The notes under the pieces are model-generated. The model saw only the letters and a list, made by a program, of their open reading frames with translations, searched no databases and was not told the origin of the DNA. Both the position numbers and the translations under genes were made by a program. From contig OZ250165.1 of NCBI GenBank assembly GCA_965238005.1, positions 2,208,001 to 2,272,000 of the forward strand: a stretch of 64,000 nt of DNA, in the 5' to 3' direction. Positions 61,558 through 64,000 of this stretch are shown piece by piece (positions within the stretch are counted from its first letter, which is position 1; each line of letters begins with the position of its first letter). The DNA comes from Longimicrobiales bacterium. Lineage in GTDB: Bacteria; Gemmatimonadota; Gemmatimonadetes; Longimicrobiales; Gaopeijiaceae.

Positions 61558-63103
61558 AGACACTACCCTGGGCGCGCTCGCTCGGCTTCCAGCCCTCAGG
61601 GGTGAGATTCTCCTGGACGATCTTTCCCTCGCCCCCTACGGCACCGCATCCGGACCCGTAAGCATCTCGCCGATCGCTTGCGCTCGACCGCTGGACGAAG
61701 ACGACCTCTCCAATCTCCTGTCCTGGGCGCTCCACGAAGGGGAGTCGCTGATCCCCCGGGGGGCGGGCACCGGAATGCCCGGTGGCAACGTGGGCTCGGG
61801 TATCGCGCTGGACCTCAGCGCACATTTCACTGGCATGGGTCCCCCTCAGACCGAGGACCTGAGCATCAAGGTCGGCGCGGGCGTCGTGGCTGCCGACGTC
61901 GAGGAAGCTGCCCGGGCCGTCGGTCTCTTCTTGCCGCCTCTCCCGTCGAGCGCACCGCGATGCACCGTCGGCGGAATGGTGGCGAACAACGCCGCAGGAG
62001 CACGAACCTACAAGTATGGAGCGATCCGCGACTGGGTTCGCGAGCTCGACGTGGTGATGGGCGATGGATCGCAGCATCGGCTCACCCGGGGACGTCCCGG
62101 GCCGGACGTGTTCGAGACCGTACACCGATCCCTTCGCGAGGAGTTGGGACCCGTGACGGACCTCTGGCCGTGCGTGCGCAAGAACTCCAGCGGATATGCC
62201 CTGGATCGCTTCCTGCCCGATGGAGATCCCGTCGAGCTTGTCGTGGGAAGCGAGGGGACGCTGGCTGTGGTCACCTCCATTACTCTCGACCTGGCCCCCG
62301 TCCCGGAGGCCACGGCGCTGGTCCTGGTATCGGTCCGGAGCGTCGACGACATCCCCTTCGTGCTCGACACGGTCGCGGGCATCGACGCGTCCGTCTGCGA
62401 GTTCTTCGGTCGTCGCTTTCTGGAGATCACGTCCATGTCCGCCCATCCATTGGTCGGACCGTCGGTGGAGGGCGCCGGAGCGGCTTTTCTCATTGAGCTC
62501 GACGGAACCGCCGCCGAAATAACCGGGGGCGTGGAGGCGTTGCGACGACTCGGACGCGAGCTAGGTTCTCGTTCCATCACCGCCGTGGAAGCAGCCGATA
62601 GGGAGGCCCTGTGGGACATACGATATGCCGCCAGTCCCTTGACCGCCGCCTGCGCCGATCGAGGACTCGTGTCGACGCAGATCATCGAGGACTCGGTCGT
62701 TCCGATTGGAAGCCTCGGCCGATACCTCACGGGGCTCGATGGTATTCTCGAAAGGTGGGAGACGGATGCCGTGGTCTTCGGTCATGCAGGTGACGCCAAC
62801 GTCCACGTGAACCCCCTCTTGGACGTCACCCACTCGGCCTGGGGTGAGCGAGCGCGAGGGATTCTGGAGGATACCGCCGACCTCGTGGCCGACCTCGGCG
62901 GGACGCTGGCCGGTGAACACGGAGACGGGCGCATTCGGGCACCGCTTCTCGAGCGGATCTGGGGGCCCTCCCTGACTCGAGCCTTTCGTGGGATCAAGGA
63001 CTCTCTCGATCCTACAGGCATTCTCAATCCCGGTGTGATCCTGCCCCTTCCCGGCCAGGACCCACTGGAGGGGTTGTGGCCCCGGTACGGCGGGGCGTCG
63101 TGA
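61529..63103 (+). CDS. FAD-linked oxidase (GlcD/D-lactate dehydrogenase family)
   Basis: PRGAGTG, TVGGMVANNAAG, KNSSGYALD, GSEGTL, GHAGDANVH, GEHGDG, DPTGILNPG; start uncertain. Confidence 0.9.
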   Translation: MARRPPPSVEDTTLGALARLPALRGEILLDDLSLAPYGTASGPVSISPIACARPLDEDDLSNLLSWALHEGESLIPRGAGTGMPGGNVGSGIALDLSAHFTGMGPPQTEDLSIKVGAGVVAADVEEAARAVGLFLPPLPSSAPRCTVGGMVANNAAGARTYKYGAIRDWVRELDVVMGDGSQHRLTRGRPGPDVFETVHRSLREELGPVTDLWPCVRKNSSGYALDRFLPDGDPVELVVGSEGTLAVVTSITLDLAPVPEATALVLVSVRSVDDIPFVLDTVAGIDASVCEFFGRRFLEITSMSAHPLVGPSVEGAGAAFLIELDGTAAEITGGVEALRRLGRELGSRSITAVEAADREALWDIRYAASPLTAACADRGLVSTQIIEDSVVPIGSLGRYLTGLDGILERWETDAVVFGHAGDANVHVNPLLDVTHSAWGERARGILEDTADLVADLGGTLAGEHGDGRIRAPLLERIWGPSLTRAFRGIKDSLDPTGILNPGVILPLPGQDPLEGLWPRYGGAS

Positions 63104-64000
63104 CGAGCCCTCGTGCCTTGCTGCTGGGCCTCGGCGCCCTGCTGATCGCGTCCGCGCTCTGGAGGCCTGGCGCATCGGTGGGCGCCGACTCCATGACGTC
63201 GTCAGACCAACAGAGCACCCCGGAGGAGAGCACTCCACCCCCACGGCCGCTCGGCCCCGAGGTCGAGGCGCTCCGCCGCGACCTGTCCGGATTCCTGGAC
63301 GGCACGCGGCTACGATCAGCGGAGTGGAGCGTTCTCGTCGTCTCGCTCGATCGGGGCGATACGCTCTTTGCCCGGAACGAGAGCCTCCTCGTCACCCCGG
63401 CTTCCAACATAAAGGTGGTGACGACGGCCGCCGCGCTCCACTTCCTGGGCCCCTCCTTCACGTACCAGACCTTCCTCCTCGGCGACGGCCCCGTGGAAGA
63501 AGGGCACCTCCGGGGTGATCTGATCCTGTATGGAACCGGAGACCCGGGGATCTCGGATCGGTTCTTCCGTACACGCACTCGTGTGTTCGAGAACCTGGCG
63601 GAGCAGCTGGCCGCCGAGGGCATCACCCACATCGACGGAGCCATCGTGGGTGACGCAACATATTTTTCGGGGCCAGACCTTGCGCCCGAGTGGGATCCGA
63701 GGGATCTCAACGAGAGGTTCGCGGCGCCGGCCTCCGCTCTCTCGTTCAACGAGAATATCGTCACGCTGCGGATCACTCCCGCAACCCGCCTGGGAGGCGT
63801 GCCCACAATCGAGACAATCCCGCCCGGATTCCCCCTGGAAATGAACAACACCGCTGAGACGGTCGCGGGGCGACCGCGGCCGAGACTGTGGCTCGATCGG
63901 CCGACGCCGACGTCCCTTATTCGGGTCGACGGCGAGATCACCCAGGGCGGCCCGGACATCTGGCGGCGTCTCACCGTTCCGGATCCCGCCCTGTTCGCTG
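63100..64000 (+). CDS. dacB: D-Ala-D-Ala carboxypeptidase/endopeptidase PBP4 (S13), partial
   Basis: Manual translation from GTG 63100: signal/TM, PASNIK (SxxK), GDLILYGTGDP, SALSFNEN; runs off the window. Confidence 0.9.
   Translation, partial: MTSPRALLLGLGALLIASALWRPGASVGADSMTSSDQQSTPEESTPPPRPLGPEVEALRRDLSGFLDGTRLRSAEWSVLVVSLDRGDTLFARNESLLVTPASNIKVVTTAAALHFLGPSFTYQTFLLGDGPVEEGHLRGDLILYGTGDPGISDRFFRTRTRVFENLAEQLAAEGITHIDGAIVGDATYFSGPDLAPEWDPRDLNERFAAPASALSFNENIVTLRITPATRLGGVPTIETIPPGFPLEMNNTAETVAGRPRPRLWLDRPTPTSLIRVDGEITQGGPDIWRRLTVPDPALFA

Overview
High-GC, densely coding bacterial chromosome segment. Gene order and protein style (mfd-PPIase-surA-pdxA-ftsEX-envC-holB-moaC; DUF4384, BatA and M16 pair; ccm cluster) suggest Gemmatimonadota (inference). 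About 55 mostly housekeeping CDS: cytochrome c maturation (ccmEF-I-AB with a CxxxY-type CcmE), glpK/maf/dtd/glmS/glmM, purD, mutM, menG/ubiE, Fe-S carriers, a stand-alone Wzc, pruA, lepA, mfd, ftsEX/envC, guaB, acs, Fur/PerR and dacB. I found no rRNA, tRNA, CRISPR array, integrase or transposase. Best leads: (1) a two-gene STAS-HATPase Ser kinase plus STAS-wHTH module behind lepA-GT2-PfkB; (2) a SigW-like ECF operon with a tandem double zinc-finger anti-sigma, whose candidate promoter (GAAAC-N17-CGTA) is readable at three sites, including in front of a distant M48 protease; (3) a DUF4384-like protein with a CxxCH heme-attachment motif; (4) a decayed MltD/LysM pseudogene. All family names come from motif recognition by eye, not database searches, and start codons were refined manually.
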